From assembly GCA_905178155.1 (NCBI GenBank), contig CAJINV010000009.1, forward strand, positions 3,404,768 through 3,468,767: a DNA stretch of 64,000 nt. Direction: 5' to 3'. The DNA is from Amoebophrya sp. A120. Taxonomy: Eukaryota > Protista > Dinoflagellata. Made by a program: the position numbers and the translations under genes. Within the stretch, counting starts at the first letter, position 1. The number at the start of each line of letters is the position of its first letter. Below the pieces are notes generated by a model. That model ran no database searches, was not told the origin of the DNA, and worked only from the letters and a program-made list of their open reading frames with translations. This document shows, piece after piece, positions 25,574-42,895 of this stretch.

Positions 25574-28500
25574 ATGGGCGGTTCATCTTCCGCGAAGGGC
25601 CGCGGAAAGTCCTCAGGCGGAAACAAACACAATGGAAAAAGCGGCAAAGGCAAGGGTAAAAAGGGCGGGAAAAATAAGGGCGCCTCAAATAACAAACTCT
25701 CCAGCAACGCCCGGGAACTTGCGGAGATAAAAGCGCTCGAGGACCGCGTGGTCATTGAAGCGCCAAGGAAGGGCCAAATCTACGCGGACGAAGTTCAACT
25801 ACCGGACGCGTCTGATAGTACATCAAATGCAGTAGTAGATCAGAGCAAAGTAGAGGCGCAAAATAAAGCCTCCAGCAGCTCCAGCGGTCCCCTCCTGACG
25901 AAGAAATTTTTCTCGGATTTGCCCATCAGCCGGAAGACGAATTCGGGCTTGAAGGATAATAAATTTCTGCAAATGACGCCCATTCAAAGAGCGGCGATTC
26001 CGCACGCGTTGGCGGGGAGGGATATTATGGGTGAGGCGAAAACCGGGAGCGGAAAGACCCTGGCGTTTTTGATTCCGGTTTTGGAGAAGCTGTACCGGGA
26101 AAGATGGTATAACATATTGGTTCTTTTGCATCACAGATTTTCGAATATGCCGCAAAGCGGTCCCACTTCTTCTTTTTGCCCAGGAAGATAAATGGAAATA
26201 ATCTTCGGATGATGATCTGCGCATGAACAAAACTGCGTCTGCTCAAGGTCAAGCATGTGCCACAGCATGAGAAGGTGCACCTAGTAGACATCATCTAATA
26301 TCATCTTACAACCCAACTTCTCAGGTCATCCCTCGACGGTCTCGGCGCGCTAATCATTTCCCCCACGAAGGAACTGGCGTACCAGATTTTCCAAGTGCTG
26401 AAACAAATCGGCAAGCACCACGATTTTTCTGCCGGCTGCCTGGTCGGTGGTCGGGACTTCGAATCCGAGCAGAAGGGGATTACCAAGATGAATTTGATAG
26501 TCGCCACTCCCGGGCGGTTATTGCAGCACTTGGAGGAAACCAGCTTGTTTCAAACGGACAATCTCCAAATTCTAGTCCTGGACGAAGCGGACAGGATTTT
26601 GGACTTGGGCTTCAAGGACGTCATGAACAACATTCTAGAGCAGCTCGGGTCGGCCAATTCCCGCCAAACGTTGCTGTTTTCCGCGACGCTGAGGCCGAAC
26701 ATTCACCAGCTGGCAAATTGCGCCCTGTCCAGTGAGAAACAGGTGTTGGCATTGAACGGCGGCGGGAACAGAACAACTGGTGGAACCCCAGGAGCATACT
26801 CTGCGGCAACGGGGGATACTAGTTTGTTGACCCAAGATCAACAAATGGAGAAAAACCGCCTGCAACAGCACTACACAATTCTCCCTTTGAATGAGAAAAT
26901 TACGATGCTGTTCGCCTTTCTCCGTGCCCACTCGTATCAACTGTAAAAATGTCTGGGTCTGGAAACTTGTAATGCTAAAGTGTGCAAGAGGAAAACACTT
27001 CCTTATGCAGAAAAGCATGACAAGTTTGCAGAACGCTTTCCCATCCGAAGTCCGCATGAGAAACTGCGTTCTTGTATGACATGAGAGGCTACCACTTTTG
27101 TTGGTCACGCAATACAGATTTCACAGGAATGCAAGACCAGCATGACAAGTCGCATTCTGCCAGACCCAGACATTTTTGCAATCCATAACTCGCAGAAGAA
27201 AACCATTGTGTTTTTCAGCAGCTGCAAGCAGGTCCGGTTTTTCTACGAGACTTTCAAACGGTATGGAAGCGTCCGGTTTGAAATCGTCAAAGTTGAAATA
27301 ATTTGTAATGCATAAAATGCAGCATGACCCGAGGCACGTGTGTTGCAGAGCATGCAAGTGAGGCCGATTGTAAGCCTGTTTGGGGTTACAGCTCGAGCTG
27401 CTGAAGTAGCATGAGAAAATCGCTCCTCTTTGCCTAAACAGCATGACAGAGTGGATTTAGGGACCACCGAAATTTGTCTTGCGCCACTTAGAAACTGGGT
27501 TCCAACTGGCATCCATTTTATGCATCGCAAATTATTTCAACTTTGTCGATTTCAACTCTGACACATCCATAAACGGCTGAAGCCCGGCCCGGCGCTGTTC
27601 GAGTTCCACGGGAAGATGTCGTTAACGAAACGCTTGCTGATTTTCAACAGCTACCTCGAAAAGGAGCGCGCGGCCTGCTTGCTCTCGACCGACGTGGCCA
27701 GTCGGGGGGTCGATTTCCCGGAAGTGGACTGGGTGGTGCAGGTGGACTGCCTATCGAATGCAAATATGTCTGGGTCTGGACACTTGGAACTTGTGATGCT
27801 AACTTTGGACTAGAAAAATCTGTATTGCATGATCAGCAAGTAGAGCAGGAGTCTAGTTTGTGCTACGCTGGAAGGCCATGCGGAATAGGCATCAAAAAGC
27901 ACTCAGAAAATGAAAATCTGTGATGCTACGGAATACATCACAGACGTCACGGGACATGTAAAATCTGCATCACAAGTTGCAACTTTCCAGACCCAGACAT
28001 ATTTGCATTTGATACTGTCCGGACTCGGTCGACACCTACGTGCACCGAGTGGGGAGAACGGCGCGGTTTCAGAATTTCGGGAACAGTCTGCTGATGCTGT
28101 TGCCGACCGAGAAAAACGGGTTTCTGAAAAAGTTGGTGAACCGGAAAATCGTAGATACTTGCGAGGGGTACGACGAGTGTAGCAGGAGTACAACTGGTCA
28201 TGATAGTCAAACGTCGATCGGTGCACGCAGGAAGCAAGATCGTCTTTCCGACGATTCTGAGGGAGGAGACGACGAAGCAAGAACACCAGCAGAAAATGTT
28301 AAGCGAAAGAACCAACATCAACATCAAGCAGTATTGAAACAGGTGAAGATGAAGCAATCCAAGCAGATCGCTATCCTCCCGCAGATCCGCAGCATGCTGT
28401 CGCAGCTGCCGAACGTGAACCACTTGGCGAAAAAAGCGTTTCAGAGCTACTGCAAGTCCTACTACCTCCAGCCCGACAAGGAAGTTTTTGTGGAAAATCT

Positions 28501-29944
28501 CGAGGAGCTGCCCTTGAACGAATTTAGCCAGAGTCTCGGGCTGGGCGTCACACCGGAACTGGACTTCGAGAAAATGGTGAGCAGGGAGGGAAAGAACAAT
28601 GATAATACTAAAGACGATAGTGGAAGAACAACTACCTCAAGGAACAAAACCTCCAAAACTAAAACAACATCTTCCAAGAAAAAAAGTAAGAGCGACGGCG
28701 CAGAAGCTATACAAGAACCCGAAGATCAGGAAGCAGAAGAACTCCTCGACGCCCCAACTTTCGAGGAGGTGACGCGGAATTCCCGGGCTAAAAAATTGAA
28801 GAACCGGGACAAGGTGCTGGAGCTGCTCGAAAGCATGAAGAAAGGACAGGATCCGGCAGACGGAGCAGAAGACGTGTCGTCCAAGGCGGCGAAACAGGGC
28901 AAATTTGCCAAACGCGTGGAAAAACGACAGTTGCTAAATCAGAAGGAACTGGAATTGGCAGAACAAAACATCGGTGGAATTGCTGACGATAATCCAGACG
29001 ACGCTGTTCTAGTGAAAAAGAAGAAAATGAGCACCAAGACGAGAATGACAGCTGCGGAGCAGGAGGAAAAAATGAATAACCACAGCGACAGCGATGACAT
29101 TGCAGCGAATGATGATAGTACATCTCGCAACAGGCAGCTTCTGACCAACACGGGGCTGCGATCGCAGAAGCTGAAATTTGACGCCAAGGGGAATGTGAAG
29201 GGGAAGACCAAGAACGGGTTGAATCAGAAACACGTGTACTATGGTGAGGAAGACGAGGAGCAAACTTTGCTGGCCCACACCGCCGCGGAATTACGCGATG
29301 AGGAGGAGCGAGGTGGAAACGTTGTTGAAGAAGAAGTTGGTGTTGAACTAGACGACAGTCATCTTCCTGCAAGCGGAGAGTTGTCGTCGTGCAAGACAAA
29401 TTCAAACCCCGATGCGGCTACTTCTACATCTTCCCAGAATCAGAGACTGATTGACCGCCAGGCCTATTTGAAGAAGCTGCAATCCCGGATGGCCCTCACC
29501 TCCGATTTTGACAAAAAGCAGGATCAGCAGAAGAGGCGAGAACGGTTTTTGAAGAAGAAGTTGATCCAGAAAAGGGCCTTAGAAGAACGCGAGTACGGGG
29601 TAAGTAGCGGCTCTGAAGATGGCGGCGGTCGTGGGGGAGAACTGCAGGTCCGATTAGGCGGCGCTAGCGACAGCGAAGGTGGAGGAAGCGAGGTGGGCGG
29701 TGGCGAGAACGGGGGTCGAAGTGATGGGGAGAACGGCGAGGAACTACATGGTCTTCAGCATGGGTCGCATCACCAGGCAGCAGCTGCCAGTACTACATCT
29801 AGAAGCAAACCGGCGAAGAAGAGAAAAATGAATGGCGAACCAGATGAGCACAGTTGCAGGCGAGGAAAAGCGGCGATAAAGCCAGCAAACCAAACTTTGG
29901 AAGAGCTCGAGGCAGAAGCGATTCGAAGATTGCTAGAGGAATAG
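25574..29944 (+). CDS. DBP4: ATP-dependent DEAD-box RNA helicase DBP4/DDX10
   Basis: Q motif; [42 protein letters not shown]; TPGRLLQH; DEAD; SAT; SRGVDFP; HRVGRTAR; C-terminal extension [26 protein letters not shown] intron 26107-26325 plus 3 introners. Confidence 0.95.
26935..27187. mobile_element. Introner-like TIR intron, family A
   Basis: DR actcg; restores H-S-Q-K-K-T-I-V-F. Confidence 0.95.
27262..27571. mobile_element. Introner-like TIR intron, family E
   Basis: DR aacgg; arms TTGAAATCG.CAAAGTTGAAATAATTTG; restores F-K-R-L-K-P-G. Confidence 0.95.
27752..28014. mobile_element. Introner-like TIR intron, family A
   Basis: DR ctgcc/ctgtc; restores [15 protein letters not shown]. Confidence 0.95.
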
Positions 29945-31211
29945 AGTTTTTTTCTACGACTGGGCCTACCCCCAACAAGGACTGATGCTCATCTTCTTCT
30001 TCGTGGATGCAACTTTTATTTCTTGACAGAGTATACTTAGTTAAAAATGCAACGAACCAACGATTGTCAAAGCTTTTCAGCATGCTGGGGTTTATTGACT
30101 CTACTGCCGGAGCAGCGGTATATTGGGTCTACAGTAGAATTTGCAGGCATGTTCTTCTACTCATCTCATTGAGGGCGCTCTCTGTAGTGCCCCGAGCTCG
30201 TGCAAAATCATCGTCAGTCTAACGTCGAGGGTAGATTTGATTTCGATCTACTTGGACGAGAAGCGAATTATAAGTACGCCAATTGCAGATGCAGTCGGTT
30301 CTCGTTTTGGATGAGAAGTTGTGTATGATTTTGAAGCGATTTAGTGGTCGTGTTGTCTTTCGTGGAGAAGACGAATAAAAGTGCGATCAGGTGGACTACA
30401 TCGGTTTTTTCGTAGAATGCGGAACGAAAAAAAGCAAACTTGATTTTGCGCCTTTCGGTTTTCGTCCCTGTGCGCAGGCCGTTGAATGGCCTCCAGGTTA
30501 TGATGTTTGATGACATAAGTCTTATCCACCACCGCCGAGCAACCTTCGGTTTTGAGCGTTCGTCGCAATGTTTCCAACTGTAACTGTCGGTCTTTGCAGC
30601 TTTCGTGCGCTTTTGAAGATGTCTTTCGTGGAGCATTTCCATTGCTTGACGTCAATGTCTGATGTCGTAGATGGTTTTGTCTTTTGAATGGGGCAGCGAG
30701 GAGACGTTTCTGCAACCAAGTCCACTTGTTGTTTGTCAGATTTGTTATCGTTGCTCAAATTTTTACAGGCGGTTTTGTTCATATTTTCGATCACTTGTTG
30801 GAAGTCCAAACCCAAAGCCGCTCCCCGCAGCTTTTTGGTTCTTTCCTACTAGAGGCGGAAAAACAAAATAAAAGTAAGCCTCAATTTCAAACTGTGAAGC
30901 TCGAGTAAGTCTAAGTACTAACTTTCCCTCTTTTCGTTAATTTCACTGTAGTCGCACTTTCTGTCCTCGATAGAGCTTTTTACGAGGGAGCCTATAGTTG
31001 TCCGGTCCTTGCACGGCCTTACTACAGTTCTCGATCGAGGCACCGCTGTTGCAGCAAACAGGGGGAGCTAGGAGGGCTCCTACGAAATCGGACTTGGTGG
31101 CACGGAACAACGCGCACTGCCCTTGTGCCGATTTGAACAAGCCAAAGTGACGGGCTAACTGGTGCGACTAGAGCGGAGTTCACCGAATCCTGAAAGGAGG
31201 AAAACCAAGTC

Positions 31212-34200
31212 ATGATGGTGCATCCACCGCAACGTGGTGGTGCGTGGAAGTCGAAGACGGAGAAAAAAATCGCCGTTGCCGTTGGACTAACTGTTGCCTG
31301 CGGGTTGATTGCCGCGGAAGGTATAAAATAAAAATGTTCTTTATGTTATCTTCCATGTTTCGGAACGCAATGCTGCCTCAATTATAGTAGTGCTGTGCTA
31401 AATTTTTATACTTTTACTTTTCCTTTACAATTAATTTGCATTTCCGCACTATACGAAACCATTTGAAACTTTACATCAACAGCCCTCGACGTAGCGACGC
31501 TGAAGCAAAGGGAGGAACAAGGTAAAGCTTTTAAGTACTTTATCGACGGCACCAAGCGCAGCTGCTACATCTATCATGTGGACATTTCTTTGAATTTCGT
31601 GCGCTTGCTGTTGCTGTTATAAATAAAGTAGTTGTCCTCGACGTGCCTACAACCCCTGTCTTCAGAAAACTCAGTACTTTGTCGTGTACACGGCTCTAGT
31701 GATCATCCGGCGTTGAGTATACAAAGGTTTGATCTCAGTATCTTATGATCCTCTGCTGTGAAGAAGGCATTATTTGCATTTCTGAGGTTCGACAGCTACG
31801 AAACCGCGCAAGCAACGGCATGAACGTACCTCGGGGGCTCCTCGAAGACACGCAGCACAAAGGCCTGCACAAACCGCTTCATCATTTCTGCAATTTCTGA
31901 AGCGACTCGCGCCGGGTACTCGTACGACACCGGCCGTGCAGCAGCAGCCCATGCCGCAACGGCACCCGCCCGCCCTTCTCCCGGCAATCGCTCGCGCTCC
32001 CCAAGCACCTGCGCTTACGGTTGCACTTCCTGGTGTTATTGCGGGAGCACCAGACGCACCGGCAGCACGGGGCCGGCGTGATGTGGCGAAGTGGCTGGGC
32101 CCAATTTATCTAGAGGAAGCATCGGGGTCGTGACGTCTTGCATGGTAGATCACTTTTTCTTTTATTTGTTTGTGCCAGGCTCTGCTTCCTGATGCTTGAT
32201 TAATATTAATGCTGGTTCATTGACGTGTACGTGTTCCTGGTACCACTACCAGTTCATATTCGACGTATGCGTTTCTGGTTTTCCAGCAGTGCTGCGCCAC
32301 TAGGAGGTTGTGTCGCGGGTTGTCCGTTTCCAGAACAACCTTCTTGCGGGACCTTAGCCATGCCTTCCACTGGTGCAGGTCCAAAGCATGTGTTTTGGAT
32401 AGGAATACACATAGAGTCTAACCGTGAGCAACATAAGCATGAAGATCCGGTGCTTTTGGCCGCCCCTTTGTTTTCTGGTTATCCCATCACGGACAAAGAA
32501 GTGACGCAGCCACTCGAGGTCTTTCACTACATTCAGCAGGGAATCGAAAACATGGCCGACACTTCTCCCGAGTTCCGTAACAAAGTATTAGAGCAGTTCC
32601 AGTTCGGTGATCACGATTGGAACCTACTCGTTGAGGACAAAGTTCACCTAGGAGAAAAGCTACCAAATATAATAATGGACAAGTTTATTCTTTTGAAACC
32701 GGCCAAGCCCCAGGCCCATTTATTGAGTTGGTTCAGCCACCGAACGAAAAGCAGTACCTCGTTGCAGGAAAGTACCTCGGCGGGGGGAATTTTGGAAAGA
32801 CCTACGCATTGACATACCCTTGTGACAACGCTGCGTAATCTCCCAATACCGTCACCGTGGTCTCTGCTCAAAGAAGATGCATACAACATTGATTTCGCCG
32901 CGATGAAAATTTTGCAACTTTTCTGCAGCATGCTCTTTATTTTTTTTCTGCATTTTTTTATATGTGCGTAAATGTGATTCGCATTGGCGTGATAGTCTAC
33001 TTCTCGTCAATTATTCCCCATTTTGTCTGTACTTACTGTGGGGCGAACGAAGATTAATGATTCGTCGACTGTAAGGAGAAACAGAAACGCGCGCTAAGCT
33101 TTGTTTTTGTGTCCAAATAAAACCATATTGCTGGGCAGGGGGCGGTGCGGGATGACAATTTTCTCTGATTTGATAGTACACAGAATGACTTGGATCATCC
33201 GAATGATAATGCGAGTGCGGACTTGGAGGTGTTGAAAATCGTGAAAGTGCCACTGTTTGTTGAAGAAAGTGGTCCTGGCGGCAATGACGGCATGAGCATG
33301 ATCAACGAAATCATTTTCAACTTTTTGTTGACCGAAAAAACCCCATAGTGTGTTGCCCAGATGAAACGCGTGGTCATCTTTTTTGACAGCTGGAGCAACC
33401 CACAAACGGTGTTTTTTGCGCTCGTCCTGGAAAAGATCCACATTTTCGATGATGAAAAGGACCCGGAGAACGCACGGCCGAACGCTAAAGGGATCATCAC
33501 CGGCCTGTACGACTGCTTGGAGAGATGGGACGGAATTGGCTTTGTGCACAATGACATGAAGCCGGAGAACGTGGGGTTTCCTCTCGACGGCGGAAATGGA
33601 ATGACCAAACTTATTTCTTTCTTTCTTTCCAAGTTCGAGCAAGGCGTCGAAACATCATGGGCCTCGTTTACATCGCTGCGCGTTTATGACTTCGGAATGT
33701 CTACTATTGTCGACAAGAACAACAATTCCGGGACAGTCTTACTCGGAAAAATTACCAAACTGAAAGCAGTTTTTCATGCCCACTGCTGTAATTACAAGGT
33801 TTCGCCTGTCTAACATAAGGTGGGAGTGGGACTTTCACCTTCTAGCTGCCTTCTTCAAGTCGTGTAGCCGCACCACGACTATGTAGTACTGATGAATGAA
33901 TAAACAGACACGCAGCCGGCCTAGGCCAAAATATGAAGTAAAATTTATTTGGCCTGGACCCGCTGCGTGTCTCTTTCTTTATTCATTCAGTACTACATTA
34001 CTACGTGATGTATGCGCGTGCCTTGCTGTACTAGTTCCGTCAGATATTGATCCTCTGGCGATCAATTTCTCTTTTTCGAGCTGGTATGAGACATAGCCAG
34101 ACAGATATAGGAGGTAAGAGCAGACAGTGATCTTCTATCGTAACACAAAAAAATATTAAAGCAGAACAAAATCGAAACCTTGTTGTATAGCTCTAGGTGC

Positions 34201-36482
34201 AGTGAAGGCTGTTGATTTTGCCCTGATAGTTTCATCGTTCAACCAAGATCTGGGCGCTTTCTTTCATGGCACGCCTGGCTACGCGAATCCGGAAATGCTT
34301 GTGGCGCATCTATCGGCATTGGCCAATCGTCCAGCATTTGATTTTGATCCTTCTCCTCGACTAGCTTTACCAGGCCAACCTGTTCAACGTGGTGCTGGTG
34401 TTTTGCAAAGCCAAATCCGGACACAGCTCCGGGACAAGCAGCCTTCCTGCAACGCCAAAGCCAATGATGTGACGTACGGACCAGCCTTTGATCTTCATGG
34501 TTATGTGGTTCAATTCCCAAGTAGAAAAAAACGAGAAAACCGAAAAAAAAATTTCATTATATGGGCGCCGAAGTGGAGTCAACGGCGAAGAATTCCAGTG
34601 ATAAGCCTGGGCAGGGCGCAGAGAGGATCCTGGTGAATAGCACGTTGCTCAAGGTGCTGCACCAGAAAGCGAGAGAGCAAAACGGGCGGAAAAAAATAAC
34701 TTGCAACACTTATGAAAAGAAATCGCAGAGCTCGTTCGTGTTGCACGAGCAAAAAAAGCCTCGGAAAATTCCGGCGTGGCGCCACAGCCACAGGAACCAC
34801 TGCCGCGTGGGCGAGGGTGTCCCAGCGGTGTCTGTGTGTTGGTGTTTTGTCTTATCCCGCCGGGCCTCGAAAAAAATCGGCCAGGGGACAGGGAGAGCGC
34901 AACCGAAAAAAAAGTCGCTTGCGCCGGGGCCATTTTTTCGCTGGTGGGCACCCAGCTCGCGGAGCCGGGCAAAAAAAAATCAGAAAAAAAAAAACGCTGC
35001 CGCGTGCGGGCGGCGGAAAAAACTGAAAAAACTAGGTGCGCAGGCGGGAAAAAAAACTGAGAAAACTGAAAAAACTAGGTCGCGGGAGCGCCCTTAAGAT
35101 TTCCTTCCCCATATGCGCTATATTTTTAAGCAGGCCGTGTTTTTCTAGTTTTTTCAGTTTTCTCAGTTTTTTTTGGCCGGGGAAAAAATTTTATCTGCGC
35201 TATTTTTCTTCGCACCAGCGGGACCGTTTTTTTTTCCCGACCCAAAAAAGTAAAAATTTTTGCGCGCCCGGACATTTTTTTCCCAGAATTCCGTCGCTCG
35301 TTTTTTTTTCGTTGTCGGGCCCGGTCCAGCCGGCACAGGCAGGAGAAAATCCTGCGGCCAAGTGGCAAGCGAGATTTTTTTGTGAAAAGGGAGCCCGGCT
35401 GACGGGCGAGATATCGCGAGGTCGTGGGTGTAGCCAAGTTGCCTCTTCGTGATTTTTTTCGTTTTCTCGGCGATCTGAAAATGGGCGCACCTCCATCGGA
35501 CAACGCTTAGTGGGGGCTCGCCCCCACACACAGACCACGAAGTTGCAAGACGGAAGAATGGTGGCGCGCAGTGGAGTAGTGCACGAAGTTGCAGAACGTC
35601 GAGAACCCCGGTCAGCTACAGATGGCAGGCTGCGCCGTAGCCTGCAGCAACAGGCCTGCGAATCATTTTTTTTTTTTCGGTTTTCTCAGTTTTCTCGACT
35701 TGGAATTTTTGGCCTCTTGATCATGGTGCGGCGCTGGCCTTGTTCGGGATTCTCGGGGCCTTGCCAGGCGACAACGAAACGGATCCTCCACAAGTGCCAG
35801 GCGACAACGAAACGGATCCTCCACAAGTGAAAGTTGGCTTTCCACCGAAGCTCTTACAGGACGTCGTTCCGTGGGAAATATTTGCCGAATCCCTTAAAGT
35901 TGATGAAAACCAGCCCGATTCGGCATCGAATTCTCGAACAAATAATCCTAGACTGTGGAGGCGCTACAGGCTGATGGTGGGCCTTGCTGAGGAGCAATTC
36001 GCATTCGGGGCTCTTGGGGCTGGAACACGTACGCTGCAACCGAACAGAAGCTACCGGGACTCGTCGAAGCTTTTCCAGTACAAGCCAGAAACCGTGAAGC
36101 TGCTGCGGGACGCGACGGCGCTCACAGGAATACACGACAAGGACTTGGTTGAGCTGCTGATGATTCCGATTGAGGAAGCTGGAAATCCAAGAACAACATA
36201 CACTCAGATATGGATCGCAAATATGTCTGGGTCTGGAAGATTGCCAGGTTTGTCATGCATATTTTGCATGGCTCGTGATTGTCTGTAATGCATGGCCCAG
36301 CATCGCAGATGTTTAGAGGACTTTCTGATGCCTGTTCCGCATGAGAAATGCCCTCCCCACGTAGTACAAAGTGGACTCCTTTCGCTGGTCATGCAATACA
36401 AAGCTTTTTACGGTCCAAAGACAGCATCACAAGTTTGCATCCTTCCAGACCCAGACATATTTGCATTTCATATCAGAGATGA
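31212..36482 (+). CDS. Divergent non-RD Ser/Thr protein kinase with N-terminal hydrophobic anchor; multi-exon, boundaries approximate
   Basis: HNDMKPENV (about 33547), VYDFGMS, GTPGYANPE, subdomain IX-like DLHGAALALFGILGALP (after removing 34502-35722). First exon KKIAVAVGLTVACGLIAA ends at a GT donor at 31321. Linkage of the 5' exons to the kinase domain is inferred. Confidence 0.6.
34502..35722. mobile_element. Long (1221 bp) introner-like TIR intron with foldback-like interior
   Basis: DR atggt; starts TAT, ends ATC; imperfect ~45-bp TIR (34512-34556 vs 35663-35707); perfect 30-bp internal inverted repeat 35049-35078 / 35145-35174. Confidence 0.8.
35764..35829 (+). repeat. Perfect 33-bp in-frame tandem duplication (PGDNETDPPQV x2)
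   Basis: Seen directly in the sequence. Confidence 0.95.
36209..36472. mobile_element. Introner-like TIR intron, family A
   Basis: DR tcaga; family A TIR. Confidence 0.95.
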
Positions 36483-39399
36483 CAAAGCAACAGAGACCAT
36501 CTGGCCCGAAGGATGTGGATGATGCATCTTCTTCGGGGGACGGAAGCGGCAGTGAAGAAGAAGAGGCCTCCCCGTCGCGGTTGGGTGTGCCGTGGCTGCT
36601 GTGCTGATCTCGCGGGTGAATTTTCTTATGGAAGGAAGAAACTTACTTATAATAAAGTATGATTTTCGGCGGCCTGCTTCGGCTGAAGTAGACGATGAGT
36701 TTGTCTGCTGTCGTCTGTTGGCGATCGTGAAAACAGCGGTGCTTGAGGGTGGTGAGCCTATTTATCGCCTTCAGTTCATTTGCCACCTCACCGAGAAGAA
36801 AGTAAACCGATGAAGAGTTATTTCTGCTTTACTGGGCGGTCTGCAGAAAATTGCTTCCTCTTCTGGTTCTACTCGACAATTTGCATCTTATTTTTTCACG
36901 AAACAAACAAACAGGTGTTTTTTTTTTCCAAGCAAACGCGGGAAGCGATCATCCGTGTGGCTGCAGTTCGTCAAAACTTTGAATTTCGAAATTGAATACT
37001 ACTTATTTTGCTCATTGATGATTGAGTTTGTTTTTTTTTGATGTCTTAGTTTTCTTTGATTTTGTATATTATTTTTTTTGTTTCCTATTTATCAGCAACA
37101 TCTGCATCGTATGTTCAATCTTCATGCTTTCCCCCATTTTTTTTCCTTTTCATCTACGCATTTTTTTTTGGATTACACACCCCTTGAAGTCCTTATGTGA
37201 ATTTTTTATCGTTTGACAGTACAATAATTGACGTTGATAGTAGTGAAGGAACGTTACGTGGTAGTTGTAGTTGGCTCCGGATCCAGCTTCAGCTTTTATT
37301 TGAAATGATTGTAGCACTAGCAGCTTGCCTTTTCCATTTTTTAAGTATTTCATCTAACGCTACGCATCCACAAACAAATGTTCCATTTCTTTTTGAGCAT
37401 CCACACAAACAAACAAAGAAGTACTTCATCTACGCGCTTAGCGGTGTTTTTTTTTCTATCTTCAACTCTGTTTTGGACTTTTTGATTTTTGATTGTGAAG
37501 GAGCTGCACCTGTGGCTGTACCGCATTGCTTTGCATGTATGTTTTTGAAGAATTACGACTTTTGCATGCGACTTTCCCAATTACCATCTGACAAGCAGGA
37601 GAACGAGGTCTGCATCCTGCAAGCAGTTCGCGGCTTGATTATTGTGTCGTTGCATCCAGCCCGGGAGCGATTGGACCAGTCAGAAGGATCGCTCGCACTG
37701 CATCACGGGCTCGTCCCTTCACATGGCGGAAAGGGCTGGGCGCGGAGAAGCGAATAGGGAAGAGGGCATATAATCATGCAAAACGCACAAAGACAAAATA
37801 AAGCCAGGAAATAAAACACCGCATAGGTGGGGGCTCTACCGCCTTCACCTCGGGTACTATTTTACCTTCAATCGCTATGTTTTTTTCTCGTATTTTCGGT
37901 GCAAGAAACGTACATCTTCATGGAGGAGGCAAAGAAGTCGTATATCTGCAGGAAAGGGCGTCGTCTCTTGCAGTGCAAATTTACTTGTGTGGTGCAGAGC
38001 AATAAACCAGGAAGTTAATATAACGACTAAGAACAGCGATGTAGTTGCACATAATTGATCATTTTGTTTTGCTTTACGGTCCTTGTCCTGCTGCAAAAAT
38101 CTCTCTTCATCCTCTGCATCGCAGGAGCAAGTGCAAGAAGAATCTGTGCCAGGAAAAAAGAGCAATAGATACTCTTTACTAGCGGCGGCCATCCTTGTGC
38201 AGGGTTTGTGCCTAGTAATTTAGTGCCGTCTATGAAAGGGACGAAGCCGTGCGCGATGTTCTTTTTGTCTTGCCAGCAATAGTGTCTGGTGATCCTCCAA
38301 AACTCTATGATTCTCGTCGGTTCGTGCTGCCTCTGCAACTGCCAGTCGGAAAGCGTAAGACAGAAAAGGCATTGATGCCTCCCTGCCGTCGAATTCTGTA
38401 CGCTCGTTGCTTCGCATCAATTGTGCGTCGGTTTTCTTTGCAAAAGCTGAAGCGGTCATCTTCACATCGTGCTGGTCCGCAGCTTTGCCTCGGTGACTAC
38501 TGCACCAGGCAAAGCTGCACCAATACTACTGCAGTCTTTCATCAAGGAGCATCATGACTGGTTGCTCTCAGAAGTCAACTACCTGCCGTGTGAGCGAAAA
38601 AGTTTTTTCCAAGACGATATGACCGACACGTAGAGGTTCGTGCAAGAGGAGCTTGTGCAGCGTACTTGAGGGAAAAGAAAGCAAGGACTTACTTAGTTTT
38701 TTCTGGTTGTTGGTGCTGACCCTGACACTGAGTGAGCTGTTGCAAGTGGATGCTCATTGTTGATTCGAGTACAAGCAATAAGGTCTCCTGCTATATTTGT
38801 TTCTGATCTTTTTTTACCTCTTCGCGCTCTACTACACCAGTACTACTGGACTACGAGTTTTCTCTGTCAGCGCTGGAAGTAGAACTACGCGACGCATACC
38901 TTTGGCCTCTATACTGCAGCGCTCTCTGCTCCTCGTCCTCCTCCGCTGTGTTTTTGTCCGGCGCTTCGACGTAAAGTAGATTTCTGACGAAAGATCCGCT
39001 TTTTCGCCAAAGGAAAACCACATTTTTGACATCGTAGTGGGCACCACCAAAGACTACAATTCGAATTGCCCTGGAACGTCGAATCTGCTAACCGGCTACT
39101 TGTGCTTTTGTTCGTCGTCGAAGAATCAGTTTTTATCTCCGGGTCGTTTCTTCCCTTGCGGCGAGCACCCACGGTCTACCGCCGATAGTACCGGCATTCC
39201 GCGACTCCACCCCGGGTTGTAGTGGTGTGTTGTTGAGAAGATCAACGCCTGAACAATTATCGCCCCACTGCTGACAGCCAACGAAGTGCTGTAAGTACCT
39301 GCGGGCAGGATCAGGAAAAAACGCAGAGGGCAACAAACAACATCGAGCGCCGAAGTCTTTTTACCACGTCCACGCCCGAGTACAACTAACTGCTAGAAA

Positions 39400-42895
<3,496 letters not shown>

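Noticed and set aside
34512-35707. Independent transposon with AATT TSD, or an 8-bp ATGGGCGC TSD insert (34561/35481)
   Set aside because: AATT-bounded removal gives a stop and the 8-mer-bounded segment lacks TIRs. The atggt/TAT boundaries restore a kinase-like frame instead.
36608-39399. Short ORFs in the AT-rich gap (e.g. 37197-37757, 38249-38557)
   Set aside because: No recognisable motifs or coding-like composition; a small gene cannot be excluded.
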